Assembly (NCBI GenBank): GCA_025453445.1
Contig: JALOQJ010000012.1
Location: 1 to 50,796, forward strand
DNA length: 50,796 nucleotides
From: Candidatus Omnitrophota bacterium
GTDB lineage: Bacteria > Omnitrophota > Gorgyraeia > Gygaellales > Profunditerraquicolaceae
Direction of reading: 5' to 3'
Numbering within the stretch: position 1 is the stretch's first letter; the number at the start of each line of letters is the position of its first letter. Below the pieces are notes generated by a model. That model saw only the letters and a program-made list of their open reading frames with translations. It was not told the origin of the DNA and did not search any database. Of this stretch, positions 1-10,013 are shown piece after piece. Position numbers and translations under genes: made by a program.

Positions 1-976
1 TGCTCAGGCGCAAAAGATGCGCAATATCCCTGATTTTATTGTGCCCGCTGGCAATCTGATAAAGTATGGATAAATACTGCTGGCTGTGTGAAGAATCCAG
101 AAAACGTTTGATATAATTGGAAAATTTCTGGTTCAATATCCCTGAGGATTCAAATAACAGTCCCTCAAGAATATCCCCAAGGTCAGAATACCCGGTTTTC
201 AGCAAAGATTCATTAATCAAATTAAGATAGAACGGGTATCCGCCGGTAAAATGGACGATAAAATTTTTCAAACCGGGATCAAGGCTGAAACCCTGAGCCT
301 GTTTCTTTAAAAATTCCTCGCTTGTTTTGATATCAAACGGCTCAATTTCCATAACCTCAAAATTACCGAAAAGCAAAGATAGATTTTTAGAAAGAATTGT
401 TTTTGCCTTGAATTTCAGGGAACTGATAATGATATACATTATATCTTTCTGCGTCATCAGCAGCTTTGACCATTCAGGATAAAGGTTTTTTACGCCCAGA
501 GATTCCAAATTATGGAATTCGTCAAATATGACCACAGACGGTTTTCCGGTTTCCTGCTTGATGATTTCGCAGAGAGAAAGCAGCTCGCTAAAGATATTAT
601 TTTTCTTCCTTGTTTCAACTAAGCCAAGGATCATCCGGGCTTTCAGAGTTGCCTTGGGGATATATTTTTCCGACTTCGCCAACAGAAAACCAAGGTCTTC
701 TCTTAAAGGAATACCGCTATTAATAAGAAAATTATAAAATAATACCCCGATAAACCTTTTAGCAAAAGAACTTATTGCTTCTGGCCTTACCTGAAGATAA
801 ATAATCAGCACCTCATTATCATAAAAATTATTGAGAAAATTACAGATCAACGAAGTCTTGCCAACCAGCTCATCGCCGACCATGGCGATATTCTGGCGGT
901 AGCCCAGCTTTAAGCCGCTTACGCGCTTTCTTAAAATATCCAGATATTCCTGACGGCCAAAAAATTTATTATCCAT
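1..976 (-). CDS. Archaeal-type P-loop ATPase (ATPase_2/AAA_16-like), runs off the window's left edge
   Basis: Manual translation from ATG at 976: MDNKFFGRQEYL, Walker A GDELVGKT, Walker B VVIFDEFH, and the TGGYPFYL motif. Absent from the ORF track because no stop lies in the window. Confidence 0.8.
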   Translation of the reverse strand, partial: MDNKFFGRQEYLDILRKRVSGLKLGYRQNIAMVGDELVGKTSLICNFLNNFYDNEVLIIYLQVRPEAISSFAKRFIGVLFYNFLINSGIPLREDLGFLLAKSEKYIPKATLKARMILGLVETRKKNNIFSELLSLCEIIKQETGKPSVVIFDEFHNLESLGVKNLYPEWSKLLMTQKDIMYIIISSLKFKAKTILSKNLSLLFGNFEVMEIEPFDIKTSEEFLKKQAQGFSLDPGLKNFIVHFTGGYPFYLNLINESLLKTGYSDLGDILEGLLFESSGILNQKFSNYIKRFLDSSHSQQYLSILYQIASGHNKIRDIAHLLRLS

Positions 977-982
977 AGGAAA

Positions 983-1624
983 TTATTCCAGGTAAAAATA
1001 CGGGTTCTGCGGCAAGTGGCCTTTTCTAATTTCAAAATGCAGGTAAGTATCCCTGATTTTAGCAATTGGTACGCCCCGCAAAACAGCATCCCCGCTTTTT
1101 ACCATTAATTGTGAATTCTTTGCGTATACCGTTGACAACCCATCACCATGATCAATAATTACTGTCCTGCCGTAGCCTTTAAAATTAGGGCTGCAGAAAA
1201 CTACCCTGCCTGCACGGGAAGCAAGCACGTCTTTCTCTCCGCTTACGCGGATATTTATTCCCTTGTTCACCATATCGTCAAAACTCTGCCCGAACGAAGC
1301 AATTACTCTGCCTTTTACCGGCCAGATAAAATCTTCCAACCCGGAAGGCATTACAGGCAAAGGCGCTGTTTTTTTCTGACGAGGAATAAAAACCAGCTGC
1401 CCCACCTCAATACTCGTGGCATCAGAAATATGGTTGATGCCAGCTAATTCATCTAAATCTATATCGTACATCTTAGAAATTCTCCAGAGTGTCTGGCCGC
1501 GCTCTACCCGATGATAAATTCCCGGCACACCCGGAGCCACGGGATGCGAAACAGTAACAGGCGCGCTGGCGCAACCGCAAAAATTCAAAATCAATATTAT
1601 TAAAATAATATATTTTAAACGCAT
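983..1624 (-). CDS. LysM + degenerate M23 (LytM) lipoprotein, NlpD-like
   Basis: Start moved to ATG 1624 because the upstream part of the track ORF is the tRNA. Signal peptide with Cys (LNFCGC), LysM (YHRVERGQTLWRIS), and an M23 domain with NKGINI, YAKN and LHFEIR. Confidence 0.85.
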   Translation of the reverse strand: MRLKYIILIILILNFCGCASAPVTVSHPVAPGVPGIYHRVERGQTLWRISKMYDIDLDELAGINHISDATSIEVGQLVFIPRQKKTAPLPVMPSGLEDFIWPVKGRVIASFGQSFDDMVNKGINIRVSGEKDVLASRAGRVVFCSPNFKGYGRTVIIDHGDGLSTVYAKNSQLMVKSGDAVLRGVPIAKIRDTYLHFEIRKGHLPQNPYFYLE

Positions 1625-1659
1625 TCTCCCTCGCACTAAACAAAAACCTAAAAAATCAG

Positions 1660-1730
1660 AGCGGGTGAGCGGAATCGAACCGCCATATACAGCTTGGGAA
1701 GCTGTCATTCTACCACTGAATTACACCCGC
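1660..1730 (-). tRNA. tRNA-Gly (anticodon CCC), 3' CCA not encoded
   Basis: Folds to a cloverleaf: acceptor GCGGGTG/CACCCGC, D arm ATTC-AGTGGTA-GAAT, anticodon arm ACAGC-TTCCCAA-GCTGT, T arm GGCGG-TTCGATT-CCGCT, discriminator U. Confidence 0.97.
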
Positions 1731-3004
1731 GAACATTCCTCCATCACCCTAATCGAACAATATTTTCCGCACATCGTGCAAACATCCGAAAGGTGAGGTT
1801 TTGAAGATACTCTGTATTCTTTTGCTTTATCAGGATCAATAGATAATTTAATTTGTTTTTTCCAGTCGCGTTTTTTGCGAGCCTGAGAAATTGCCTTGTC
1901 CCAGTTAAGAGCGGATTTTACGCCTTTGGCAATATCTCCGGCATGCGCGGCAATCCGGGAAGCAATTACCCCTTGGCGCACATCTTCAACCGACGGATGC
2001 CGCAGGTGTTCGGAAGGCGTAACATAACATAAAAAATCAGCGCCAAAGCTTGCTGCCAAAGCACCTCCGATAGCAGAAGTAATATGGTCGTAGCCGGGCG
2101 CCACATCTGTAACCAGCGGGCCTAACACATAAAACGGAGCCTGCCGGCAAATTTTTTTCTCAAGAGCAATATTTTTTTCAATTTGCTGCAAAGGCACATG
2201 GCCCGGGCCCTCGATCATTACCTGCACTGCTCTTTTGCGGCTGCGTAAAGCCAGTTCACCTAAAATCTTCAGCTCAGAAATCTGAGCTTCATCAGTAGCA
2301 TCTAATACCGAACCCGGGCGCAGGCCATCGCCAAGGCTCAAGGTAACATCATATTTATGAGCAATATCCAGAATGCGGTCAAAATGCTGATAAAATGGAT
2401 TTTCCTTCTGGTGACAATGCATCCAGGCAGCAAGGATTGCCCCGCCGCGGGAAACAATACCTAAAACTCTTTTTGACTGCACCAGCGCCTGCGTGCTTCT
2501 CTTGGTAACTCCGGCGTGTATTGTAAAAAAGTCCACTCCCTCTTTTGCCTGCGCTTCCAGCGTTGACAAAATATCTGCGATATTAAAATTTAAAAAATCG
2601 TGTTTTTTATTTTGAGCAGCAACGGCTATTTCATAAACCGGAACCGTGCCCACAGGCACAGGAGAATGCTTTATGATTTCTCTTCTTATTTTTTGAAGGT
2701 TCCCGCCGACGCTTAAATCCATTACTGTATCTGCACCGTATTTACAAGCAATTTGCAATTTCTTTAATTCAATATTAGTTTCTGATTTATCCGTGGAGGT
2801 GCCGAGGTTGGCATTAATTTTAGTGGTAAGGCCCAGGCCTATGCCGCATGGCCGGGTTATCTTATGCGTATTATTCAGCGGAATGACAATCGTGCCGTTT
2901 TTAACGCACTTTAAGACATATTCCGCGCTCACGCCTTCTTTTACGGCGATTTTTTTCATTAAAGGCGTGGCAATATTTTTATTGGCAAATTCCAGCTGCG
3001 TCAT
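1721..3004 (-). CDS. thiC: Phosphomethylpyrimidine synthase
   Basis: TKINANLGTS, GADTVMDLS, SRGG, LGDGLRPG, EGPGHVP and GYDHITSAIG motifs; C-terminal CTMCGKYC Fe-S motif. Confidence 0.96.
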   Translation of the reverse strand: MTQLEFANKNIATPLMKKIAVKEGVSAEYVLKCVKNGTIVIPLNNTHKITRPCGIGLGLTTKINANLGTSTDKSETNIELKKLQIACKYGADTVMDLSVGGNLQKIRREIIKHSPVPVGTVPVYEIAVAAQNKKHDFLNFNIADILSTLEAQAKEGVDFFTIHAGVTKRSTQALVQSKRVLGIVSRGGAILAAWMHCHQKENPFYQHFDRILDIAHKYDVTLSLGDGLRPGSVLDATDEAQISELKILGELALRSRKRAVQVMIEGPGHVPLQQIEKNIALEKKICRQAPFYVLGPLVTDVAPGYDHITSAIGGALAASFGADFLCYVTPSEHLRHPSVEDVRQGVIASRIAAHAGDIAKGVKSALNWDKAISQARKKRDWKKQIKLSIDPDKAKEYRVSSKPHLSDVCTMCGKYCSIRVMEECSRV

Positions 3005-3010
3005 AATAAT

Positions 3011-3451
3011 TTAATGATGGCGTAGAGCCGGCAGTTTGCCAGCAATTTTTTTTTCAATTTCGTAAACTTCGTACCTGATTTTTTTAAATTGCAGGGCTAA
3101 CTTAGTATTGCTGAGCTTGGAAAATTCTTCCAATACCCTGACAGATTCCTTAACTCTTGCCATATTGGCAAAAAAAATATCATTTAAACTTAAGCGCCTG
3201 AATTCTAATTCCTGCCGGATGCCAAAACCAACGTCTTTAAGGCTATACCTTAGCCTGAGTAACTCAGCCTTCTGCGGCGCCAACTCAAGCGCAGCGTCTA
3301 TTTTATGCCTGATCCCTTTGAGGTTAGCAGTCAAAACGCGGTTATTCAGCAGGAAACGGGTAATCTCTTCGCAAACCCGCAAGCCTTCTTTTGCGCGGTT
3401 AATATTGGCGTCAACAATCCTCTCGATTAAATTATTTTTTGCAGGTTTCAA
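3011..3451 (-). CDS. ThiD2-domain protein (stand-alone N-terminal domain of cyanobacterial-type ThiE)
   Basis: RIVDANINRAKEGLRVCEE and ANMARVKESVRVLEEF motifs; adjacent to thiC. Confidence 0.8.
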   Translation of the reverse strand: MKPAKNNLIERIVDANINRAKEGLRVCEEITRFLLNNRVLTANLKGIRHKIDAALELAPQKAELLRLRYSLKDVGFGIRQELEFRRLSLNDIFFANMARVKESVRVLEEFSKLSNTKLALQFKKIRYEVYEIEKKIAGKLPALRHH

Positions 3452-3917
3452 TGATTTTTTTAATAATATTTGTAGTGGAGCGGCCGCCGGCTAATTTTAT
3501 TGTTACCACTTTGCCGTTGTTTTTTTTGACAATTTCCGCTCCGACAATTATTTTATCTTTCCAGTCCGCGCCTTTAACCAAAATATCCGGCTTAAGATTT
3601 TTAATTACTTCTAACGGCGTATCCTGATGAAAAATTAGCACAAAATCAACACTTTCCAACGCGGCAATAATATTCGCGCGGTCAATTTCCCCGACCAACG
3701 GGCGTTTCGCGCCCTTAATTCTTTTTACCGAAGCATCGCTGTTAACAGCAACAACCAGGCAATCGCCTTTTTTTCTGGCAGCCTGCAAATACATTACATG
3801 CCCGTAATGCAAAATATCAAAACAGCCGTTGGTAAAAACAACTTTTTTACCTTTTTTTTGCAGGCTACTGATGATTTTTTTTAGACTTGCTAAGCTCTTT
3901 ACTTTTGCTCTTGACAA
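3432..3917 (-). CDS. hldC: D-glycero-beta-D-manno-heptose 1-phosphate adenylyltransferase (HldE C-terminal domain / RfaE2)
   Basis: VFTNGCFDILHYGH, NSDASV, PDILVKGADW and STTNII motifs; next to gmhA. Confidence 0.9.
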   Translation of the reverse strand: MSRAKVKSLASLKKIISSLQKKGKKVVFTNGCFDILHYGHVMYLQAARKKGDCLVVAVNSDASVKRIKGAKRPLVGEIDRANIIAALESVDFVLIFHQDTPLEVIKNLKPDILVKGADWKDKIIVGAEIVKKNNGKVVTIKLAGGRSTTNIIKKIIETCKK

Positions 3918-4477
3918 AGTTCCTGCTCCACGAGTTCACAAATAATATGCCCTACGGTAATGTGCACTTCCTGAATGCGGGCAGTAATCGCTGAAGGGAC
4001 GATAAATGACACATCCGCAAGCTTTGCAATATCCCCTCCGTCGCCGCCAGTTAATGCCACTGTCCTTAGGCCCATTTTTTTTGCTTGCTTAAAGGCTAAA
4101 GCGACATTTTTTGCTTTACCGCTGGTAGAAATCCCGACGATAATATCATTTTTCTGGCTCAGAGCTTCGATTTGCCGGGAGAATACCACTTCGTAACCGT
4201 AATCATTGGCCAGTGAAGTTAATACTGAAGTATTCACGGTCAGGGCAATAGCTGCCAGCGCCGAACGATCCTTCTTAAACCTGCCGATAAGTTCAGCCGC
4301 AATATGCTGGGCATCTGCTGCCGAACCGCCATTACCGAATAAAATTACCTTACCGCCTTTTTTCAGCGATTCGATAAAAAGATCAACGATGTTTTTAATT
4401 TCGCTGATATAGGAACGCAGTATCTCTTCTTTGACCTGTATGCTTTCCAAAAGTATGTCCTGAATCCTATCTCTCAT
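3899..4477 (-). CDS. gmhA: Phosphoheptose isomerase
   Basis: GNGGSAADAQHIAAEL, ANDYGY, STSG and RIQEVHI motifs. Confidence 0.95.
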   Translation of the reverse strand: MRDRIQDILLESIQVKEEILRSYISEIKNIVDLFIESLKKGGKVILFGNGGSAADAQHIAAELIGRFKKDRSALAAIALTVNTSVLTSLANDYGYEVVFSRQIEALSQKNDIIVGISTSGKAKNVALAFKQAKKMGLRTVALTGGDGGDIAKLADVSFIVPSAITARIQEVHITVGHIICELVEQELCQEQK

Positions 4478-4498
4478 TTTTTTTCCGCCTTCCTTAAT

Positions 4499-5533
4499 TT
4501 AGCCGAAGAATACTTTTGCCACATTTTCATAAAGCTCAAGGTCAACCGTTTTCAATGCCTTGACCGCTTCTTCCAAAGGCACGTCAATAATTTTAATCCC
4601 TGCAAGAGCAACCATCTTGCCGAATTTTTTATCTTTGATTAGCTCTACTGCTTTAACACCAAACCGGGTGCCTAAAACGCGGTCAAAAGCAGTGGGAGAT
4701 CCGCCTCTCTGAATATGCCCGAATACGCTCACGCGTGTTTCAAAACCGGTTTTAGCTTCTATCTGCTGAGCCAATGTTTCTCCAATACCGCCTAAGCGCA
4801 CATGGCCAAAAGAATCGAGCTTTTCTTCCTGCAAGACCATCCCGCTTTTTTTAAACTGTGCGCCTTCGGCAACTACAACTATGCTGAAATTCTTGCCGCG
4901 GGCATGCCTTTTTTTCAATATCGCACAAACCTCTTCAATATCAATGGGAATCTCAGGAATCAAAATTACATCCGCGCCTCCGGCAATCCCTGCTTCGAGA
5001 GCAATCCATCCTGCGTGCCTACCCATTACTTCTGCCACAAGGATACGATGATGGCTCTCTGCAGTAGTATGCAGCCGGTCAATACATTCCATAGCAACAT
5101 TAATTGCCGTATCAAAACCAAAGGTATAATCCGTAGCAGACAAATCATTGTCAATTGTTTTGGGTACACCAACGACATTAGACAACCCGTCTTTGTGCAA
5201 TTTAGAAGCAACACCTAAAGTATCTTCTCCGCCAATAGCAATCAAAGCATAAAGCCCGAGTTTTTTAAAATTGTCTTTTACTTTCTGAACATCGCCTTCT
5301 TTTTTGTAGGGATTAGTCCTGCTGGTGCCTAAAATCGTGCCGCCTCTGGGCAATATTCCGGAAACACTATCTATTGTCAACGGTATGGTATTAGCTTCTA
5401 TCAAGCCTTTCCAGCCATCTTTAATTCCGATAATTTCATAACCTTCCAATAAACCTTTTCTCACCGCCGCCCTGATTACCGGATTTAAACCAGGACAATC
5501 TCCTCCACCTGTAAGTATGCCGATCTTTTCCAT
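4499..5533 (-). CDS. pfkA: 6-phosphofructokinase (group III, PPi-type signature)
   Basis: TGGGDCPGLN, GGEDT, PKTIDND, EVMGRHAGWIA and GHIQRGG motifs. Confidence 0.93.
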   Translation of the reverse strand: MEKIGILTGGGDCPGLNPVIRAAVRKGLLEGYEIIGIKDGWKGLIEANTIPLTIDSVSGILPRGGTILGTSRTNPYKKEGDVQKVKDNFKKLGLYALIAIGGEDTLGVASKLHKDGLSNVVGVPKTIDNDLSATDYTFGFDTAINVAMECIDRLHTTAESHHRILVAEVMGRHAGWIALEAGIAGGADVILIPEIPIDIEEVCAILKKRHARGKNFSIVVVAEGAQFKKSGMVLQEEKLDSFGHVRLGGIGETLAQQIEAKTGFETRVSVFGHIQRGGSPTAFDRVLGTRFGVKAVELIKDKKFGKMVALAGIKIIDVPLEEAVKALKTVDLELYENVAKVFFG

Positions 5534-5553
5534 TTAAACTGTTTCCTCCTTTA

Positions 5554-6153
5554 TTAAATTCTTCCGTAGCCGCCAAAAGGTATTGTCGGCTCCTGCCTGT
5601 CCGTATCTTTCCTCTTCCTATCTTCTGTTGAAATAATTTTGGCAATATGGATTTTGATTACAATTTGCTCCTCTAAGCCAAGCACTTCCTGAATTTTAGA
5701 GCGTGTAATATCCTGCAGCCGGTTGGTCAACTCAGGAATATTAGCTTCAGACCTTAAAACCACCCGCAAATCTACGACAATCCCTTTTTTAGTAGCAATC
5801 ACATCCGGCCTGAGCTCCCTGATTTCCGGCAAAATTCCGGTCAGTCTCTTTATTAAATCTTCAATCGCTGACAAGGCAACCGTAACCTCGCCTGAAGCGG
5901 TATTAAAAGCAACGGTTTTCTCGCGCTGAAACCTGCCTAAAATCAGCTGGGCAAAAGAAAAGCTGATCAAAATCAGTAAGGCGCCGGAAAGCCCGACGAT
6001 AATCCGCGAATTAACGCTCTGCTGCAGATACATCAGCACATCAGTGATATCCTGCAAAGCCAGTAAATTCAAAGAAAACACAATCATAATCAGGCCGATT
6101 AAAATTAAAACGATAGCATAAAATAATATACCTAAAACGTTAAATATGCGCAT
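5554..6153 (-). CDS. AmaP-like alkaline shock response membrane anchor protein
   Basis: Two N-terminal TM helices followed by an Asp23-like fold segment (GEVTVALSAIEDL); adjacent to Asp23. Confidence 0.75.
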   Translation of the reverse strand: MRIFNVLGILFYAIVLILIGLIMIVFSLNLLALQDITDVLMYLQQSVNSRIIVGLSGALLILISFSFAQLILGRFQREKTVAFNTASGEVTVALSAIEDLIKRLTGILPEIRELRPDVIATKKGIVVDLRVVLRSEANIPELTNRLQDITRSKIQEVLGLEEQIVIKIHIAKIISTEDRKRKDTDRQEPTIPFGGYGRI

Positions 6154-6509
6154 TACTGCCCCCTTTCAATTCCCTGCACGCTAATATTGATGTCTTTAAC
6201 GGAAAGGCTGGTCATCCTTTCAAGAGACGCCCTGACCTTTTCCTGTACTCTGTTCGCCACTTCAGGAATATTAAATTCGTATTTTATCACGATAGGTATA
6301 TCCAAACGCACTTCCTCGTTGCGGTCAATCTCTACTTTGATTGCCGGAAATACCTTTTTGCCGATTGCATCAAAAAAGTTATTTTTAAAATCACCTCCCA
6401 CTCGCTTCACGCCTTCGATTTCCAAAGCGGCAAGCGAAGCAATGGAAGCAATTACATTTTTATGAATTTTAATTACTCCGAAATCAGTGCGGGATTCTTC
6501 ACTATGCAT
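6153..6509 (-). CDS. Asp23/Gls24 family protein
   Basis: GVIKIHKNVIASIASLAALEIEGV and IPEVANRVQEKV...INISVQGI; directly follows accC. Confidence 0.9.
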   Translation of the reverse strand: MHSEESRTDFGVIKIHKNVIASIASLAALEIEGVKRVGGDFKNNFFDAIGKKVFPAIKVEIDRNEEVRLDIPIVIKYEFNIPEVANRVQEKVRASLERMTSLSVKDINISVQGIERGQ

Positions 6510-7873
6510 TATTCTGCCTCCGGTTTTTCTTCTTTAAGCATTTTATCCTGCACAAAATGCGTAGATACTTCGCCTTTTAAAAACAGCGGGTTATCCAGTA
6601 ATAATTGGTGAAAATTCACAGTAGTCTTAATCGGCCCAATGATGAATTCATTCAACGCCCTCTTCATCGTCTTAATTGCCTCATCGCGGTTAGCTCCGTA
6701 AGTAATTACTTTAGCAACCAACGAATCATAGTAAGGCGAAATCTGGTAGCCTGGGTAAATATGCGTATCCACGCGCACTCCCGGCCCGCCGGGAAGGTTA
6801 AGCGTCTCGATTTTACCGGGTGAAGGCATAAAATTATTTTCATAATCTTCGGCATTAATACGGCATTCGATAGCCGCACCTTTAAAATGTATATCTTCCT
6901 GCTGCAGGCGCAGTTTTTCTCCGGCAGCAGAACGAATCTGCTCTTTGATTAAATCAATGCCTGTTACCATCTCAGATACCGGATGCTCCACCTGAATACG
7001 CGTATTCATTTCCATGAAATAAAAATTATTCTGGCTATCCAGCAAAAACTCCATTGTCCCGACGCTGCAATAATTGACTGCTTTTGCCGCCTTGACCGCC
7101 AAATCTCCCAGGCGCTTGCGTAATTTACTGTCTACTGCCGGTGAAGGAGATTCTTCAAGTAATTTCTGGTGCCTTCTCTGAATACTACAATCTCTTTCGC
7201 CCAGATGGACGACATGTCCGTGTTTATCAGCTAAAAGCTGGATTTCAATATGGCGCGGTTTTTCAATATATTTTTCAATATAAACGCTGGAGTTGCCAAA
7301 GTTAGCTTCTGCTTCCTGCCGGGCAGTCAGCAGGCTTGAAACAAGGCGGATATCATTATGGCAAATGCGCATGCCTTTGCCGCCGCCGCCGGCAGCAGCC
7401 TTAATAATCACAGGGTAACCGATTCTTTTAGCGACTTTTATTGCTTCTTCTTTATTTTGAATTGTTGCGGCGCTTCCCGGGACAATCGGCAGGCCTGCTT
7501 TAAGTGCTGCAATACGCGCTGCGGTTTTATCACCCATCAATCTAATATTTTCCGCGCTCGGCCCGATAAAAGCAATCTGGCATGACTCGCAAATTTCCGC
7601 AAAATGGGGGTTTTCCGCCAAGAATCCGTAACCAGGATGGATTGCTTCTACATCGGTAATTTCTGCGGCGCTAATAATGGCGGGGATACTAAGATAGCTG
7701 GAGCTACTCTGTGCTGCGCCGATACAGATTGCTTCATCGGCAAAGCGCACATGTAAAGATTCCCTGTCTGCCTGAGAATAAACTGCAACAGTACGTATTC
7801 CCATTTCACGGCAGGCACGGATAATCCGCAGGGCGATTTCGCCCCGGTTAGCAATTAAAATTTTAGAAAACAT
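6509..7873 (-). CDS. accC: Acetyl-CoA carboxylase biotin carboxylase subunit
   Basis: [36 protein letters not shown] and [10 protein letters not shown] motifs. Confidence 0.97.
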   Translation of the reverse strand: MFSKILIANRGEIALRIIRACREMGIRTVAVYSQADRESLHVRFADEAICIGAAQSSSSYLSIPAIISAAEITDVEAIHPGYGFLAENPHFAEICESCQIAFIGPSAENIRLMGDKTAARIAALKAGLPIVPGSAATIQNKEEAIKVAKRIGYPVIIKAAAGGGGKGMRICHNDIRLVSSLLTARQEAEANFGNSSVYIEKYIEKPRHIEIQLLADKHGHVVHLGERDCSIQRRHQKLLEESPSPAVDSKLRKRLGDLAVKAAKAVNYCSVGTMEFLLDSQNNFYFMEMNTRIQVEHPVSEMVTGIDLIKEQIRSAAGEKLRLQQEDIHFKGAAIECRINAEDYENNFMPSPGKIETLNLPGGPGVRVDTHIYPGYQISPYYDSLVAKVITYGANRDEAIKTMKRALNEFIIGPIKTTVNFHQLLLDNPLFLKGEVSTHFVQDKMLKEEKPEAE

Positions 7874-7879
7874 TTCGGC

Positions 7880-8393
7880 TTAAAGTGCTTCAATGAGAAA
7901 TAACGGCTGGCCAAATTCCACCGGCTCGGCATTCTCTACAACAACTTCTACGACCTTGCCCTTAATCTCGGATTTAATTTCGTTCATCAATTTCATTGCT
8001 TCGATAATGCAAATAACCTGCCCCGGTTCAATAACCTGGCCTACCTCTATATAGGGAGGCGCTTCCGGAGAAGGCGCACGGTAGAATGTCCCGACCATCG
8101 GTGCCTTGATTTCAATTGAGTTCGATGCCGGCTTCTCGCTAACCGCAGCCACTTCCTGAAGCCTCGGCTCAGCAGAAATCTTCTGCCTTTCCACAATAAT
8201 CGGGCCTCCGCTATGCTCTGCCAAAGAAGACATTTTCTTCAGCTTAATGCGCATACCGTCTTTTTCGATTTCCAATTCCACAAGCCCGTTTTCTTCCATC
8301 AGGCTCAACATTTCTTTGATTTCCGATTTCCAATTCCACAAGCCCGTTTTCTTCCATCAGGCTCAACATTTCTTTGATTTCTTTGATATTCAT
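7880..8393 (-). pseudogene. accB: Biotin carboxyl carrier protein, apparently frameshifted by a 58-bp tandem duplication (likely assembly artefact)
   Basis: ATG 8393 has an AGGAGAGG RBS (MNIKEIKEMLSLMEEN...). The biotinyl motif IEAMKLMNEI lies in a different frame, and removing one repeat copy restores a single ORF. Confidence 0.9.
8266..8381. repeat. Exact 58-bp tandem direct duplication (8266-8323 and 8324-8381)
   Basis: cgatttccaattccacaagcccgttttcttccatcaggctcaacatttctttgatttc occurs twice head-to-tail. Confidence 0.97.
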
Positions 8394-8410
8394 TCAGGCC
8401 TCTCCTCTTT

Positions 8411-8974
8411 TTAAGCGACCCTTTCCACATAACTGGCGCTGCGCGTATCCACCTTGATCTTATCTCCGGGATTAATAAAAAGCGGGACCTGAATAGTGGC
8501 TCCGGTCTCAATCTCCGCCGGCTTAGTGCCGCTTTTGGCAGTATCGCCTTTGACCCCCGGCTCTGTATGGGTAATTTCAACCTCGATAAAATTCGGCAGG
8601 CTGATATTTAAAAAGTCACCTTTATAAAAATAGGCAGAAACATCCAAATTATCTTTTAAAAATTTAACTTTATCGCCTATATTTTCTTTGGAGATAGCTA
8701 CTTCTTCGTAATTATCAGAATCCATAAAGTGGTAAAGATCGCCGCTGGAATACTGATACTGCAGCTTTCTTTCTTCCACAAAAGCCTCTTCTATTTTTTC
8801 ATCGCCGCGAAAAGTCTTTTCCTGAATACTGTTATTTTTAAGGTTCCTGAGCTTAGCGCGCACAAAAGCCGCTCCCTTGCCAGGCTTAACGTGCTGGCTA
8901 TCCACCACAAGCCAAGCCTCATTTTCCACAAATACTGTTACTCCTACTTTAATTTCATTTATCGAGAGTGACAC
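8411..8974 (-). CDS. efp: Elongation factor P
   Basis: HVKPGKGAAFVR, PGVKGDTA and ETGATIQVPLFINPGD motifs. Confidence 0.97.
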   Translation of the reverse strand: MSLSINEIKVGVTVFVENEAWLVVDSQHVKPGKGAAFVRAKLRNLKNNSIQEKTFRGDEKIEEAFVEERKLQYQYSSGDLYHFMDSDNYEEVAISKENIGDKVKFLKDNLDVSAYFYKGDFLNISLPNFIEVEITHTEPGVKGDTAKSGTKPAEIETGATIQVPLFINPGDKIKVDTRSASYVERVA

Positions 8975-10013
8975 TGATAACCTCAGCTCCTTTCCTGGTG
9001 ACTAAACAAATATCTTCCAGCCTGATGCCGAATCTTCCCGGCAAATAAATCGCAGGCTCTACAGTAAAAACCATGCCTGCTTTAAGTAAACTCTTCTCTT
9101 TTCCTGATATGTGGGGCGCTTCGTGGACTTCCAAACCGATACCATGGCCTAAACTATGGCTAAAATACCGGCCAAAACCCTTTTTAGCTATATATTGGCG
9201 GCTGGCTGCATCAACTTCGCTGATTTCCACGCCAGGCTTTATCCTGCTGATTGCCCGCTTCTGCGCTGCAAGCACAATATCATAAATCCTTCTTGCTGAG
9301 CTGTTTATTTTACCTGAAAAGAATACCCTTGTCAAGTCGGATTTAAAACCAAGATAATCCACTCCAGCATCAATTAACACCGGCTCACCAGCTTTAATCT
9401 TTCTTTCAGAAGTAAGGTGGTGCGGGTAGCTTGAGTTAGGGCCGGAAGCAACAATAATATCAAAACTGGAGGCATAAGCGCCGTTATACCTGATAAAATG
9501 CTCTAATTCAGCAGCTACCTCAATTTCCTTTCTGCCGGGCGTAATATAGCCCTGAATAAACCTAAAGGCTGCAATGGCAATCTCTATCGCCTTCCTGATT
9601 TTTGCGATTTCTTCAGCAGTTTTTATCTGCCTTAGCTCTTCAACAATCCCATGTGTAGGAATTAATTCTATTCCGTAATCCCAACCCTCCCTGATTTTAT
9701 TGTATTCAGCAAAAGGCAGGTATCTTTCTTCAAAGCCCACGCGGTTAAAGTGAAGCTTCTTACAGGCATCAGCAATGGTTTTAAAAACTGAACCTTTAAT
9801 CTCCAGTAAAGTGCAACCCTTAAGGTTTTTCTTTGCTTCAGTGGTATAGCGGGAATCAGTAATATAAATATTTTTTTGCTTGGAAACTAAAAGATAGGCG
9901 TCGCGGCTGCGGGTATTAGTAAGGTAAGAAATATTCGGCTCGTGGGAAAGAATCAAGCCATCGAGTTTGAGCTTATTTAATTCTTTATAAACTTGTTTGA
10001 TCCGGGGATTCAT
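8955..10013 (-). CDS. Xaa-Pro aminopeptidase/dipeptidase (M24B)
   Basis: Creatinase-like N-domain; [25 protein letters not shown] and GIRLED motifs; aroQ-peptidase-efp synteny. Confidence 0.92.
   Translation of the reverse strand: MNPRIKQVYKELNKLKLDGLILSHEPNISYLTNTRSRDAYLLVSKQKNIYITDSRYTTEAKKNLKGCTLLEIKGSVFKTIADACKKLHFNRVGFEERYLPFAEYNKIREGWDYGIELIPTHGIVEELRQIKTAEEIAKIRKAIEIAIAAFRFIQGYITPGRKEIEVAAELEHFIRYNGAYASSFDIIVASGPNSSYPHHLTSERKIKAGEPVLIDAGVDYLGFKSDLTRVFFSGKINSSARRIYDIVLAAQKRAISRIKPGVEISEVDAASRQYIAKKGFGRYFSHSLGHGIGLEVHEAPHISGKEKSLLKAGMVFTVEPAIYLPGRFGIRLEDICLVTRKGAEVISVTLDK

Noticed and set aside
1625-1708. N-terminal 28 aa of the track ORF 983-1708
   Set aside because: This is read-through of the tRNA-Gly sequence; the signal peptide starts at ATG 1624.
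3005-3460. TPP riboswitch upstream of thiC
   Set aside because: thiC and the ThiD2 gene are embedded in the operon with overlapping or 6-nt junctions, leaving no room for a leader.
8266-8381. CRISPR-like repeat
   Set aside because: Two adjacent copies with no spacer, inside a coding region; no cas genes in the window.
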